DNA of 64,000 nucleotides, from the NCBI GenBank assembly GCA_009694135.1, contig SHVS01000011.1:3972-67971 (forward strand). Direction: 5' to 3'. The translations under genes were made by a program, and so were the position numbers. A model generated the notes under the pieces. That model did no database searches. It saw only the letters and a program-made list of their open reading frames with translations, and was not told the origin of the DNA. Positions 1 through 12,049 of the stretch are shown here, one piece after another. This DNA comes from Alphaproteobacteria bacterium (GTDB lineage: Bacteria > Pseudomonadota > Alphaproteobacteria > UBA6615). Numbering within the stretch: the first letter of the stretch is position 1; each line of letters starts with the position of its first letter.

Positions 1-68
1 ACCAGCGCCTTGGGCTTGCCGCCGGCGAAGGGGGGAAGTGTCGGGCCGTTCAGAGTTGCGTTAGTCAT
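1..68 (-). CDS. 5' end of a gene running off the window (N-terminus MTNATLNGPTLPPFAGGKPKALV...), product unknown
   Basis: ATG at 66-68 on the minus strand opens a frame that continues to position 1 without a stop; too short to identify. Confidence 0.25.
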   Translation of the reverse strand, partial: MTNATLNGPTLPPFAGGKPKAL

Positions 69-207
69 CGTTGGCCGCTCCGCCTTGCCAGAAACGCACC
101 GGGGTAGCCGCGCGTCATCGCGGCGTCCGTGAGCGAACGCAACATCGCTTGCTCGGTCGCCCGTGCCCTCGCATCGTCCAGCCGAGAGCAATTTGCAAGG
201 ACCGCCG

Positions 208-1056
208 ATGCCTGACATCACGCGCTTCGCCCCCAGCCCGACCGGGCGGCTGCATCTGGGACATGCCTATGCCGCCTGGTCCGCAGCCGAGGCGGCGGGC
301 GCGGCCGGGCGTTTTCTACTGCGGATCGAGGACATCGATGCAAGCCGCTGCCGGCCGGAGTTCGAGGCGGCGATTCTTGAGGATTTGGCTTGGCTCGGCC
401 TCAAGTGGCAGCAGTCGCTGCGCCGGCAGTCGGAGCATCTGGCCGAATACGCGGGCGCGCTGGGGTCGCTGCGCGCCTTGGATCTGCTCTACCCGTGCTT
501 CTGCACCCGGCGCGAGATCCAAGATGAAATCGCCCGCGCGCCTTCCGCGCCGCACGGTCCCGACGGACCGGCCTACCCTGGACGCTGCCGCGTGCTCGCT
601 CCGGTCGAGCGGGCAGCGCGCATCGCGGCGGGCGAGGCCTATGCCCTGCGCCTTGACCTGGCGGCCGCGCTTCGCCGGGTGGGCGCGTTGCGCTGGCACG
701 ACCATGACCGCGGATGGCAGGACGCGCGGCCGGAGGTTTTCGGCGACATTGTATTGGCTCGCAAAGATAGCCCGGCGAGTTATCACCTGGCGGTGGTGGT
801 CGATGACGCGGCGCAAGGCGTAACCCTGGTCACGCGCGGCGCCGACCTATTCCCGGCCACGCATCTGCATCGCCTGCTGCAGGCGCTGCTCGGCCTGCCT
901 GTGCCGGAGTGGCGGCACCACCGATTGGTGGCGGATGCACAGGGCAAGCGCTTGGCCAAGCGCGACGGCGCGACCACCCTCGCCACGTTACGCGCGGCAG
1001 GGCATAGCCCCGATGCCCTGCGCGCACTCGCCGAGCGTTCGCTTTTGCCGCTCTAA
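208..1056 (+). CDS. gluQ: glutamyl-Q tRNA(Asp) synthetase (GluRS paralogue)
   Basis: Class I aaRS HIGH-type motif RFAPSPTGRLHLGHAYAAW and a truncated GluRS catalytic domain; ATG at 208 (MPDITRF); listed ORF 163..1056. Confidence 0.8.
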   Translation: MPDITRFAPSPTGRLHLGHAYAAWSAAEAAGAAGRFLLRIEDIDASRCRPEFEAAILEDLAWLGLKWQQSLRRQSEHLAEYAGALGSLRALDLLYPCFCTRREIQDEIARAPSAPHGPDGPAYPGRCRVLAPVERAARIAAGEAYALRLDLAAALRRVGALRWHDHDRGWQDARPEVFGDIVLARKDSPASYHLAVVVDDAAQGVTLVTRGADLFPATHLHRLLQALLGLPVPEWRHHRLVADAQGKRLAKRDGATTLATLRAAGHSPDALRALAERSLLPL

Positions 1057-1880
1057 AACCCGCGCGCCAGGGCCCAGGCGGCCAGCCCCGGCACCATGGC
1101 CAAGCCGGCGACCAAAATCGGGCGCAGCAGGCGCATGGCGCTGTGCATCGGCAGCAGCGCGTCGATAGCCTGCGGCGCGAGCAAGGCCAGGAATACGATG
1201 GCGAGCGCCGCCCGGCTGCTGTCTTCGAACAGCGCAAGCTGGGTGGCGATGGCGACCAGCACTCCGCCGCCCCCCAGCACGGCGACGGCGGAAAACTCGT
1301 GGCGCGGGCGCGGCCAATTCCACAGCGCGAAACCCCCGGTCGCCGCCGCCAGCGCTCCGGCCAGTTGAGCGAGCGCGCCCGACCCGGCGTGGAAGGCGAG
1401 CGCGGCCGTGCTCGCCGCCGCGACCACCAGCGCCGCAGCGCTTGCGGCCACGCCGTCGCTGGCCGCTTGCAGCCGGGGCAGGCTGAGGCCGGCGATGGTC
1501 GCCACCGCACCGAGGATGAGCCAGGACTCGATCCGGAATGCGGCAATGCCGCGCCAGCCGAGCCACAGCGCGGTAGCGCCGGCGAGGGTGGACGCAACCG
1601 GCCAGGGCGCGCCGAGTCGGGCGACATCGCAGCCGATGCCGAGGAGCAAAGCGGCGCTGGCGATATAGGGGAGCTTTTGCAGGGCCGGCATCTCCAGGCT
1701 CGGCGGAAAGCCGGGCCAGCCGAGGATCACGGCATAGCCGGCGAGGAAGCCTGCCGCGAGTGCCGCTCCGGCCAGCCGCGGACCGGCGAATGCGGCTAGA
1801 AGTCCGGCCAGCAGGACAGCGACCGCGAGCGCCGGCAGGATCGCCTCGAGCGCAAGTTTTTGCTGCAAAAAGCTCAGCAA
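1053..1880 (-). CDS. polytopic integral membrane protein (Ala/Gly/Leu-rich, many predicted TM helices), function unknown
   Basis: 275-aa ORF, uniformly hydrophobic; 4-nt overlap with the gluQ stop. Confidence 0.5.
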   Translation of the reverse strand: MLSFLQQKLALEAILPALAVAVLLAGLLAAFAGPRLAGAALAAGFLAGYAVILGWPGFPPSLEMPALQKLPYIASAALLLGIGCDVARLGAPWPVASTLAGATALWLGWRGIAAFRIESWLILGAVATIAGLSLPRLQAASDGVAASAAALVVAAASTAALAFHAGSGALAQLAGALAAATGGFALWNWPRPRHEFSAVAVLGGGGVLVAIATQLALFEDSSRAALAIVFLALLAPQAIDALLPMHSAMRLLRPILVAGLAMVPGLAAWALARGF

Positions 1881-2126
1881 AATGCACGCCTTTGCTGTAT
1901 CTGTGCGGGCTTAAGTGTTCCGCAATCCCGGTCGAGCATAGTGCCCGCGTTCCGGCACCGCAGGATGCGTTGCCGGCGCATCGGCGGGCGCCAGGCAGGC
2001 TGCCCGTTGGAGCGCCGGGCGGCAGGACGCGATATTCCCTGGCGCTCCACTTGTCCCCTCTCCACCGGCTGGAACCCGCTGCCGTTTCTCTGGGCAGCGG
2101 CGTTCCGCCCGGTTATACCAGCCGGC

Positions 2127-2327
2127 ATGAAATCCCTTCTTCCGATCATTCTGATCGTCGCGATGGTGGCGGTGCTGGTGGTGCTGCTGGTCGGCATCGT
2201 CAGCATGCTGCGCGGCGGCGAGTTCAACCGCAAGTTCGGCAATAAGCTGATGCGCGCGCGCGTCGCGCTGCAATTTATCGCGCTGCTGATCCTTCTGGCG
2301 CTAATCCTCGCCTCGCGGATGACGTAA
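2127..2327 (+). CDS. twin-transmembrane-helix small protein (HIG1-like)
   Basis: 66 aa, MKSLLPIILIVAMVAVLVVLLVGIVSMLRGGEFNRKFGNKLMRARVALQFIALLILLALIL; internal ATG of listed ORF 1860..2327. Confidence 0.6.
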   Translation: MKSLLPIILIVAMVAVLVVLLVGIVSMLRGGEFNRKFGNKLMRARVALQFIALLILLALILASRMT

Positions 2328-2331
2328 GCCG

Positions 2332-2901
2332 ATGGTGCGCCTGGACCGCATCACCACGCGGGGCGGCGACGGCGGCGAAACCTCGCTTGGCAGCGGCCGG
2401 CGCGTGCCCAAGCATCACCCAAGGATAGAAGCGCTCGGCGACATCGACGAGGCCAACAGCGCCATCGGGTTGGTCCGCCTGCACACGGTCGCCGATCCCG
2501 ATGCCGACGCGATGCTGGCGCGAATTCAGAACGATCTGTTCGACCTCGGCGCCGATCTATGCCTACCGGAGGCCGAGCAGCGGCGCGCCAGCGCCCTCAG
2601 GCTCTCCGCTAATCAGACTCTCCGCCTGGAAGCAGAGAGCGCGGCGATGAACGCGAGCTTGCCGCCGCTCAAGTCGTTCGTATTGCCCGGCGGAACCCCG
2701 GCTGCGGCCGCTCTGCACTTGGCGCGAGCCATCCTGCGCCGCGCCGAGCGCCGGCTGACGGCGCTCTGTGCCGCCGAACCGCTCGGCGCACCCGTGCTGC
2801 CCTATATCAATCGCCTGTCCGACCATTTGTTTATCTTGGCCCGCAGGCTGAATGACGGCGGCAAGGGCGACGTTTTGTGGCGGCCGGGGGAAAATCGCTG
2901 A
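2332..2901 (+). CDS. pduO: PduO-type ATP:cob(I)alamin adenosyltransferase
   Basis: N-terminus MVRLDRITTRGGDGGETSLGSGRRVPKHHPRIEALGDIDEANSAIG is typical of the MMAB/PduO family. Confidence 0.8.
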   Translation: MVRLDRITTRGGDGGETSLGSGRRVPKHHPRIEALGDIDEANSAIGLVRLHTVADPDADAMLARIQNDLFDLGADLCLPEAEQRRASALRLSANQTLRLEAESAAMNASLPPLKSFVLPGGTPAAAALHLARAILRRAERRLTALCAAEPLGAPVLPYINRLSDHLFILARRLNDGGKGDVLWRPGENR

Positions 2902-2905
2902 GCGC

Positions 2906-3655
2906 ATGAAGATCCTCGTCAGCGTCAAGCGGGTAATCGATGCCACGGTGAAGATCCGTCTCCGCGCCGACGGCGCTGGGGTTGAGACAGCCGGGGTTAA
3001 ATTTTCGATCAACCCATTCGACGAAATTGCATTGGAAGAAGCCGTGCGGCTGAAGGAGCGCGGCATTGCCAGCGAAGTTCTGGCCGTGTCGATGGGCGCG
3101 GCTGCCTGCCAGGAAACGCTGCGCCATGCGCTCGCCCTTGGCGCCGATCGCGCCGTGCTGGTCGAGAGCGACGCGATCCTGGAGCCGCTGACGGTCGCGA
3201 AGCTGCTGGCGGCGCTCACCCGGCGCGAGTCGCCCGGCCTGGTGCTGATGGGCAAGCAGGCGATCGACGGCGACGAGAACCAATGCGGGCAGATGCTCGC
3301 CGGGCTGCTCGACTGGCCGCAGGCGAGTTTCGCCTCGAAGCTCGAACTCAAGGATGGGCGGGCTTTGGTGGCGCGCGAGACCGAGCAGGGGATTGAGCGA
3401 CTCGACCTGCCGCTGCCGGCGGTCGTCACCGCCGATCTGCGCCTCAACACCCCGCGCTTCGCCACGCTGCCGAAGATCATGCAGGCGCGTAAAAAGCCGA
3501 TCGAGCGTCTTGATCCGGCCGCGCTCGGAGTCGATCCGACGCCGCGGCTCGAAGTGCTCAAGCTCGAAGCGCCGCCGGCGCGGAGGGCCGGCCGGATGGT
3601 CGATAGCGTGGCGGCGCTGGTCGAAGCCCTGCGCACCGAGGCCCGCGTTTTGTGA
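2906..3655 (+). CDS. etfB: electron transfer flavoprotein beta subunit
   Basis: MKILVSVKRVIDATVKIR...NPFDEIALEEAVRLKE signature; ATG at 2906 inside listed ORF 2852..3655. Confidence 0.9.
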   Translation: MKILVSVKRVIDATVKIRLRADGAGVETAGVKFSINPFDEIALEEAVRLKERGIASEVLAVSMGAAACQETLRHALALGADRAVLVESDAILEPLTVAKLLAALTRRESPGLVLMGKQAIDGDENQCGQMLAGLLDWPQASFASKLELKDGRALVARETEQGIERLDLPLPAVVTADLRLNTPRFATLPKIMQARKKPIERLDPAALGVDPTPRLEVLKLEAPPARRAGRMVDSVAALVEALRTEARVL

Positions 3656-4617
3656 GCGAACTTCTGGTCATCGCCGAGCATGACGGGCGCGCGCTCGCCC
3701 CGGCCGTGCTCTCCACCGTTACAGCGGCGAGCGCTCTCGCGGGCCATTCCGGCGGGCGCATTACGCTGCTGGTCGCCGGGCAGGGCTGCCGCCCGGCCGC
3801 CGAGGCGGCGGCGCTGGTTGCCGGCGTCGGCCGTGTGCTGCTGGTCGAGGACCAAGCCTATGCCCAGCCGCTGGCGGAGGCCTTGGCCCCGCTGGTCGCC
3901 CGTTTAGCCAAGGATATGAGCCATGTGCTCGCCCCGGCGACCAGCTTCGGCAAGGATCTGCTGCCGCGCGCGGCCGCGCTGGCCGATGCCCAGCCGGTGG
4001 CCGACGCCGTGCGGGTGATCGACGCGCGGACCCTCGTGCGGCCGATCTATGCCGGCAATCTGTTGCAGACCGTGCGCGTTAAAGCCGGCTGCGTCTTCGC
4101 CACCATCCGGCCGAGCGCCTTCGCGCCGGCGGGCGTGGGGGCGAAGGCCGCGCCGATCGAGGCTGTTGGAGCGGAGCCGGTCGCGCTGCGTACGCGTACC
4201 CTTGGGTGTGAGGCGGGCGCCTCCTCCGGGGTCGATCTTGGCCGCGCGCGCGTGGTTCTCGCGGGCGGGCGCGGCATGGGCTCGGCCGAAGGGTTCAAGC
4301 GCCTGGAGCCGCTGGCGAAGCGCCTGGGGGCGGCGCTGGCCGCCACCCGTGCTGCCGTCGATGCCGGCTATGCGCCCAACGAATGGCAGGTCGGGCAGAC
4401 CGGGCGGATCGTCGCTCCGGAGCTTTACATTGCATTCGGCATCTCGGGAGCGATACAGCATCTGGCCGGGATAAAGGACAGCAAGACCGTGGTCGCGATT
4501 AATAAGGACGTGTCCGCCCCGATCTTCGCGGCGGCCGACTATGGCCTGGTGATGGACCTGTTCCAGGCGCTGCCCGAGCTCGAGGCGGCACTGGCCGACG
4601 ATAACTCAGGAGCGTGA
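3652..4617 (+). CDS. etfA: electron transfer flavoprotein alpha subunit
   Basis: [12 protein letters not shown]... and C-terminal FAD-binding region [24 protein letters not shown]; 4-nt overlap with etfB. Confidence 0.9.
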   Translation: MSELLVIAEHDGRALAPAVLSTVTAASALAGHSGGRITLLVAGQGCRPAAEAAALVAGVGRVLLVEDQAYAQPLAEALAPLVARLAKDMSHVLAPATSFGKDLLPRAAALADAQPVADAVRVIDARTLVRPIYAGNLLQTVRVKAGCVFATIRPSAFAPAGVGAKAAPIEAVGAEPVALRTRTLGCEAGASSGVDLGRARVVLAGGRGMGSAEGFKRLEPLAKRLGAALAATRAAVDAGYAPNEWQVGQTGRIVAPELYIAFGISGAIQHLAGIKDSKTVVAINKDVSAPIFAAADYGLVMDLFQALPELEAALADDNSGA

Positions 4618-4621
4618 AGGC

Positions 4622-5494
4622 ATGATTCGTTCAATCGGCGTGATCGGCGCTGGGCAGATGGGCAACGGCATCGCCCATGTCGCGGCGCTTGCCGGCTTCG
4701 ACGTCAAGCTGGTGGACAGCAACGCGAAGCAGTTGGCGAAATCGCGCGACACGATTGCCGGCAACATGAGCCGTCAGGCGAAGCGCGGAAAGGTCACCGA
4801 AAAGGCGACCGCCGACGCCATGGCGCGCATCCAAACCGGCGCCGACTATGCGCTGGTCAAGGATTGCGACGTGGTGATCGAGGCGGCGACCGAGAGCGAG
4901 GCCGTCAAGGGCGAGATCTACAAATCGGTCTGCGCCACCTTGAAGAAAGACGCGATCCTCGCCACCAATACCTCGTCGATCCCGATCACACGGCTGGCGG
5001 CCAAGACCGACCGCCCGGCCAAGTTCATCGGCATGCATTTCATGAACCCGGTGCCGCTGATGCAGCTCGTCGAGCTGATCCGTGGCCTGGCGACCGACGA
5101 CGCGACTTTTAATACGATCCGCGAGCTGGCCGAGAAGCTGGGCAAGACCACGGCGGTCGCCGCCGACTTCCCCGCCTTCATCGTCAACCGCATTCTGATG
5201 CCGATGATCAACGAGGCGGTCTACACCCTCTACGAGGGTGTGGGCTCGGTCGAGGCGATCGACAACTCGATGAAGCTCGGCGCGCATCACCCGATGGGAC
5301 CGCTGGAGCTGGCCGATTTCATCGGCCTCGATGTCTGCTTCTCGGTCATGCAGGTGCTGCATGACGGCTTGGCCGACAGCAAATACCGGCCCTGTCCGCT
5401 CTTGGCGAAATACGTCGAGGCCGGCTGGCTCGGCCGCAAGACCGGCCGCGGCTTCTATGACTACTCGGGCGAGAAGCCAGTGCCGACGAGGTAG
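4622..5494 (+). CDS. hbd: 3-hydroxybutyryl-CoA dehydrogenase (3-hydroxyacyl-CoA dehydrogenase family)
   Basis: Rossmann [13 protein letters not shown] plus the [15 protein letters not shown] and [11 protein letters not shown] motifs. Confidence 0.9.
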   Translation: MIRSIGVIGAGQMGNGIAHVAALAGFDVKLVDSNAKQLAKSRDTIAGNMSRQAKRGKVTEKATADAMARIQTGADYALVKDCDVVIEAATESEAVKGEIYKSVCATLKKDAILATNTSSIPITRLAAKTDRPAKFIGMHFMNPVPLMQLVELIRGLATDDATFNTIRELAEKLGKTTAVAADFPAFIVNRILMPMINEAVYTLYEGVGSVEAIDNSMKLGAHHPMGPLELADFIGLDVCFSVMQVLHDGLADSKYRPCPLLAKYVEAGWLGRKTGRGFYDYSGEKPVPTR

Positions 5495-5511
5495 GCGTAG
5501 CGGGTGGCTCT

Positions 5512-5931
5512 TTATTTTCGACGCATTAATAAGGGGAAAGCTATTTTCTCATAATAAACTGCTGCAAGCGTCGCCATTAGCGTTTCGTCTTGGTGTGTCT
5601 TGCACCTGCCAACGATCCACTTGAGCCATAAGTTTAAGCTCAACCTTTCTCCACCTATATTTATTGGTCCCAAACCATTTTGGTCACCCAACAAATTTCT
5701 AATATCACTCTCTTTCCCTTCCAAATAACCGAACACGAACGCTTCATGAGCAGTGACCGGGGTGAATGCTGTAATCTGCTGTTCATATTCTCCAGCGATG
5801 GCAGTACAACGATCAATGTATGGTGTCACAAGTGCAGTTTGAGCGCCTGCGCCAGACGTGGGCGTTAGCGTAAGACAACAACCCGCCACCAAAGTATTGA
5901 ACAAATTATTTCTCTGATTTTGCATTGGCAT
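5512..5931 (-). CDS. ORFan secreted protein / possible lipoprotein encoded in a low-G+C islet
   Basis: Only long ORF in an AT-rich ~0.5-kb segment; signal-peptide-like N-terminus MPMQNQRNNLFNTLVAGCCLTLTPTSGAGAQTA with a possible lipobox (VAGC); A/T-ending codon usage unlike neighbours; the listed start at 5946 is a TTG, the first ATG is at 5931. Confidence 0.5.
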   Translation of the reverse strand: MPMQNQRNNLFNTLVAGCCLTLTPTSGAGAQTALVTPYIDRCTAIAGEYEQQITAFTPVTAHEAFVFGYLEGKESDIRNLLGDQNGLGPINIGGERLSLNLWLKWIVGRCKTHQDETLMATLAAVYYEKIAFPLLMRRK

Positions 5932-6017
5932 GGGCGTCAACCTCAACCATTGCGGGTGCGTTTGCTGACCTAGTATGGAGCGTTACACGTGAATTCGTTC
6001 TGCTTACAATAACTTAA

Positions 6018-6584
6018 CTATTGCAGGAAATGCCTTATGAGAGCGAGGGCGTCGGGCTGGTCCCAGGCCGCGTCGCCTTCCAGCCGGCCGATCTCGTTGC
6101 CCTGGGGATCGATCAGGACTGTCGTCGGCAGGCCGTGACCGTCGAAGGCGCGGAACAGGGCGAGCGGCGGATCGCGATAGCTCGGCATCTTGGGCAGGCC
6201 GATCTTGGTCAGAAACCGGCGCACCTCGTCGGCCTCGCCGCGGTCTTCGCTGACCAGCACCACCTGGAACTTGTCCGAACCGAGCGCGGTCTGGAGCCGT
6301 TCAAGCGACGGCAGCTCATGCACGCAGGGCACGCACCAGGTCGCCCAGAAATTGACCAGCAGCAGCTTGCCGCGCAGCGCCGCCAAGGTGACCGGCTTGC
6401 CGGCGGGGTCGATAAATCGCGTGCTCGGCGCTGGCCGCTGCCCGTTCGCGAGGCTAAACTTGGCGACCGAGCCGGCCAGCGGCGGCTCGGCGCCCATGAC
6501 CGGGGTGCCGAGCAGACACGCGAGGCCGCCCGCCGCCGCAAGGGTGATGAAGCCAGCTAGCAACCCGCGCCGCATGTTTCGCAC
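6018..6584 (-). CDS. tlpA: periplasmic thiol:disulfide interchange protein TlpA (thioredoxin fold)
   Basis: WCVPC active site, N-terminal membrane anchor, ~190 aa. Confidence 0.8.
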   Translation of the reverse strand: MRNMRRGLLAGFITLAAAGGLACLLGTPVMGAEPPLAGSVAKFSLANGQRPAPSTRFIDPAGKPVTLAALRGKLLLVNFWATWCVPCVHELPSLERLQTALGSDKFQVVLVSEDRGEADEVRRFLTKIGLPKMPSYRDPPLALFRAFDGHGLPTTVLIDPQGNEIGRLEGDAAWDQPDALALIRHFLQ

Positions 6585-6611
6585 CCATGAATGAGGCCCA
6601 TCGAGCCCCGC

Positions 6612-8054
6612 ATGACCGACCGTAGCAAGAAGCCAAGCAGCAAACGCGCCTCCCGAACTTCAGCCAAGCCGTCCAAGGCCAACCCGCTGTGGGGCGGACG
6701 CTTCGCCGCCGGCCCGGCGGCGGTGATGGAGCGTATCAATGCCTCGATCGGCTTCGACCGCCGACTCTACGCTCAGGATATCAGGGCAAGCAAAGCGCAT
6801 GCGGCGATGTTGGCGGCGGAGGGGATCATCGCCAAGCCCGACGCCAAGGCCATCGCCGCGGGGCTTGATCGCATCGAGGCGGAGATCGTCGCGGGCAAGT
6901 TTGAATTCAAGGTCGCGCTCGAAGACATTCACATGAATGTCGAGGCGCGGCTGTTCGAGCTGATCGGCGAGCCGGCGCGCCGTCTGCACACCGCCCGCTC
7001 GCGCAACGACCAGGTGGCGACCGACCTCAAGCTCTGGGTCAGGGACGCGATCGACGGGATCGACGCGCAAATCAAGGCGCTGCAGGCGGCGCTGATCCAC
7101 CGCGCCGAGGAACACGCCGCGTTGCTCATGCCCGGATTCACGCACATGCAGGCCGCGCAGCCGATCACCTTCGGCCATCACCTTTTGGCCTATGTCGAGA
7201 TGCTCGGCCGTGACCGCTCGCGTTTCGCCGATGCGCGCAAACGCATGAACGAAATACCTCTCGGCGCGGCGGCGCTGGCCGGAACCTCATTTCCGATCGA
7301 CCGCAAGGCGACGGCCAAGGCGCTCGGCTTCGACCGGCCGGCCGCCAACTCGCTCGACGCCGTCTCCGACCGCGATTTCGTGGTCGAGTTCCTGGCCGCG
7401 GCCTCGCTCTGCGCGGTGCATCTGTCGCGGCTGGGGGAGGAAATCGTGCTCTGGGCCAGCCCGGGCATGGGGTTCATCACCCTCAGCGACGCCTACACCA
7501 CCGGCAGCTCGATCATGCCGCAGAAGCGCAACCCCGATGCGGCCGAACTGGCGCGCGCGAAAGTGGGGCGCATCGTTGGCGCGCTGACGTCGCTGCTGAT
7601 CGTGCTCAAGGGCCTGCCGCTCGCCTATGCCAAGGATCTGCAAGAGGACAAGGAGCCGCTGTTCGATGCCGCCGATAGCCTGTCGCTCGCGCTGGCGGCC
7701 ATGGAGGGCATGATCCGCGACCTGCGCCCGAACGCCGAGCGGATGCGGGCGGCGGCGGAAGCCGGCTATTCGACCGCGACCGATCTGGCGGATTGGCTGG
7801 TGCGGCGCCTGTCGCTGCCGTTCCGCCGCGCGCATGAGGTGACCGGCAAGATCGTGCGCCTGGCCGAGGCGAAGGGCTGCGCGCTCGCCGACCTGCCGCT
7901 CGACGCGCTGCGCGCCATCGAGCCTGGGATTGACCGCGCGGTCTATGATAGTCTCGGTATCGACTCCTCGGTCGCCAGCCGCAGGAGCGAAGGCGGCACC
8001 GCACCCGAGCGTGTGCGTGCGGCGGCGAACAAGGCGAGGGAGCGCTTCCTATGA
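6612..8054 (+). CDS. argH: argininosuccinate lyase
   Basis: LWGGRF...[20 protein letters not shown] and fumarate-lyase signature [12 protein letters not shown]; start uncertain (ATG 6591 or 6612), with a K/S/R-rich N-terminal extension. Confidence 0.9.
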   Translation: MTDRSKKPSSKRASRTSAKPSKANPLWGGRFAAGPAAVMERINASIGFDRRLYAQDIRASKAHAAMLAAEGIIAKPDAKAIAAGLDRIEAEIVAGKFEFKVALEDIHMNVEARLFELIGEPARRLHTARSRNDQVATDLKLWVRDAIDGIDAQIKALQAALIHRAEEHAALLMPGFTHMQAAQPITFGHHLLAYVEMLGRDRSRFADARKRMNEIPLGAAALAGTSFPIDRKATAKALGFDRPAANSLDAVSDRDFVVEFLAAASLCAVHLSRLGEEIVLWASPGMGFITLSDAYTTGSSIMPQKRNPDAAELARAKVGRIVGALTSLLIVLKGLPLAYAKDLQEDKEPLFDAADSLSLALAAMEGMIRDLRPNAERMRAAAEAGYSTATDLADWLVRRLSLPFRRAHEVTGKIVRLAEAKGCALADLPLDALRAIEPGIDRAVYDSLGIDSSVASRRSEGGTAPERVRAAANKARERFL

Positions 8055-8194
8055 GCGGATGGCGGAGAGCGTCGGCGATTGTGAGCCTGGTCTTGGCCGC
8101 GCTGCTGGTGTTGTCGGCGTGCGGCCGGCGCGGCGACCTCGATGCTCCGCTCGGGCAAGAGGATACCAGCAGACGCATCTACCCGGCGCTATGA
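8051..8194 (+). CDS. small lipoprotein (47 aa) between argH and lysA, below the ORF-track size cutoff
   Basis: ATG 8051 overlaps the argH TGA (ATGA); translation [47 protein letters not shown] has a signal peptide plus lipobox LSAC; its TGA overlaps the lysA ATG (ATGA). Confidence 0.55.
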   Translation: MSGWRRASAIVSLVLAALLVLSACGRRGDLDAPLGQEDTSRRIYPAL

Positions 8195-9477
8195 GCGCCT
8201 TCGCCTATCGGAGCGGTGCGCTTTTCGCCGAATCCGTGCCGCTCGCGCGCATCGCCGCCGAAGTGGGCACCCCGGCCTATGTCTATTCGAGCGGGGCGCT
8301 GGAGAGCGCCTGGCGCGGCTTCGCCGATGCGCTCGCTGGCATGAAGGTGACGATCTGTTTTGCGCTCAAAGCGAACTCCAACCTTGCAGTGATTCGCACT
8401 TTCGCTCTTCAGGGCGCCGGCGCCGACGTGGTCTCGGCCGGCGAATTAGAGCGCGCGCTCGCCGCCGGGGTGCCGGCGGATAAGATCGTCTATTCCGGCG
8501 TCGGCAAGACCGAGGCCGAGATGGCGGCGGCTCTGGCCGCTGGGATCATGCAGTTCAACGTCGAATCCGAGCCAGAACTTGCGGCTTTGTCGAAAGTCGC
8601 CGCGGGGCGAGGGCAAGTGGCCTCCATCGCGTTGCGCATGAACCCCGATGTCGACGCCCAGACCCACGCCAAGATCACGACCGGCCGCGCGCACAATAAA
8701 TTTGGCATCGCGGCCGAGCGGATTCCTGCGGTCTATGCCCATGCGAGCAAGCTGCCGGGGATCAAGCCGGTCGGGCTGGCGGTGCATATCGGCAGCCAAT
8801 TGACCGACTTGGAACCCTTTCGGCTCGCGTTCCGGCGGACGGCGGAAACCGTCCGCGCGCTGCGGGCCGCGGGACTGAACGTGCGGCGGCTCGACCTTGG
8901 GGGTGGGCTTGGCGTGACTTATCGCGCCGAGGTTCCGCTGCGCCCGGCCGACTATGCCGCCGTGCTGCGCGCCGCAACCCAGGGGCTCGACTGCACCCTG
9001 GTGATCGAGCCGGGACGCGCGCTGGTCGCCGAGGCCGGGGTGCTGCTCACCCGCGTGATCTATGTGAAGGACGCGGACGGCAAGGAGGGCGGTCGCCGCT
9101 TCGTGATCATCGATGCGGCGATGAACGATCTCATCCGCCCGATGCTGTATGACGCCTGGCACCCTGTGCGGCCGGTCACGGAGCCTGCCAGCGGGGCGCC
9201 GCTTGCGGTCGTGGACCTAGTCGGCCCGATCTGTGAGTCCGGCGACACTTTCGCCCTGGATCGGCCAATGCCGCCAATTTCCGCAGGCGATTTGCTGGTC
9301 ATTGAGGCGGCTGGAGCCTATGGTGCGGTGATGGCTTCGGGCTATAATAGCCGGCCTTTGGTTCCCGAAGTCATGGTCAAGGGTGGCGAATACGCCGTGG
9401 TGCGGCCGCGCCAGCCTATTTTGGACGTGATTGGACAGGAACGGCTGCCTGAGTGGCTGCATGCCGGACCGCCGTAA
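8191..9477 (+). CDS. lysA: diaminopimelate decarboxylase
   Basis: [33 protein letters not shown]...; PLP fold and C-terminal CESGD motif; internal ATG of listed ORF 7930..9477. Confidence 0.9.
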   Translation: MSAFAYRSGALFAESVPLARIAAEVGTPAYVYSSGALESAWRGFADALAGMKVTICFALKANSNLAVIRTFALQGAGADVVSAGELERALAAGVPADKIVYSGVGKTEAEMAAALAAGIMQFNVESEPELAALSKVAAGRGQVASIALRMNPDVDAQTHAKITTGRAHNKFGIAAERIPAVYAHASKLPGIKPVGLAVHIGSQLTDLEPFRLAFRRTAETVRALRAAGLNVRRLDLGGGLGVTYRAEVPLRPADYAAVLRAATQGLDCTLVIEPGRALVAEAGVLLTRVIYVKDADGKEGGRRFVIIDAAMNDLIRPMLYDAWHPVRPVTEPASGAPLAVVDLVGPICESGDTFALDRPMPPISAGDLLVIEAAGAYGAVMASGYNSRPLVPEVMVKGGEYAVVRPRQPILDVIGQERLPEWLHAGPP

Positions 9478-9488
9478 CGAGGTGTCAG

Positions 9489-12044
<2,556 letters not shown>

Positions 12045-12049
12045 TTCTC

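Noticed and set aside
2563-3855. Long ORFs antisense to annotated genes (2563..3855, 4631..5362, 9485..10438, 17325..18917, 21713..23512, 26386..27399, 31968..33350, 32858..34324, 35397..36365, 46098..47369, 54636..55814, 54900..55856, 56368..57429, 57678..58574, 59686..60987)
   Set aside because: These are typical high-G+C shadow ORFs. Their translations are Arg/Ala/Gly-rich with no motifs, while the opposite strand encodes clearly recognisable conserved proteins.
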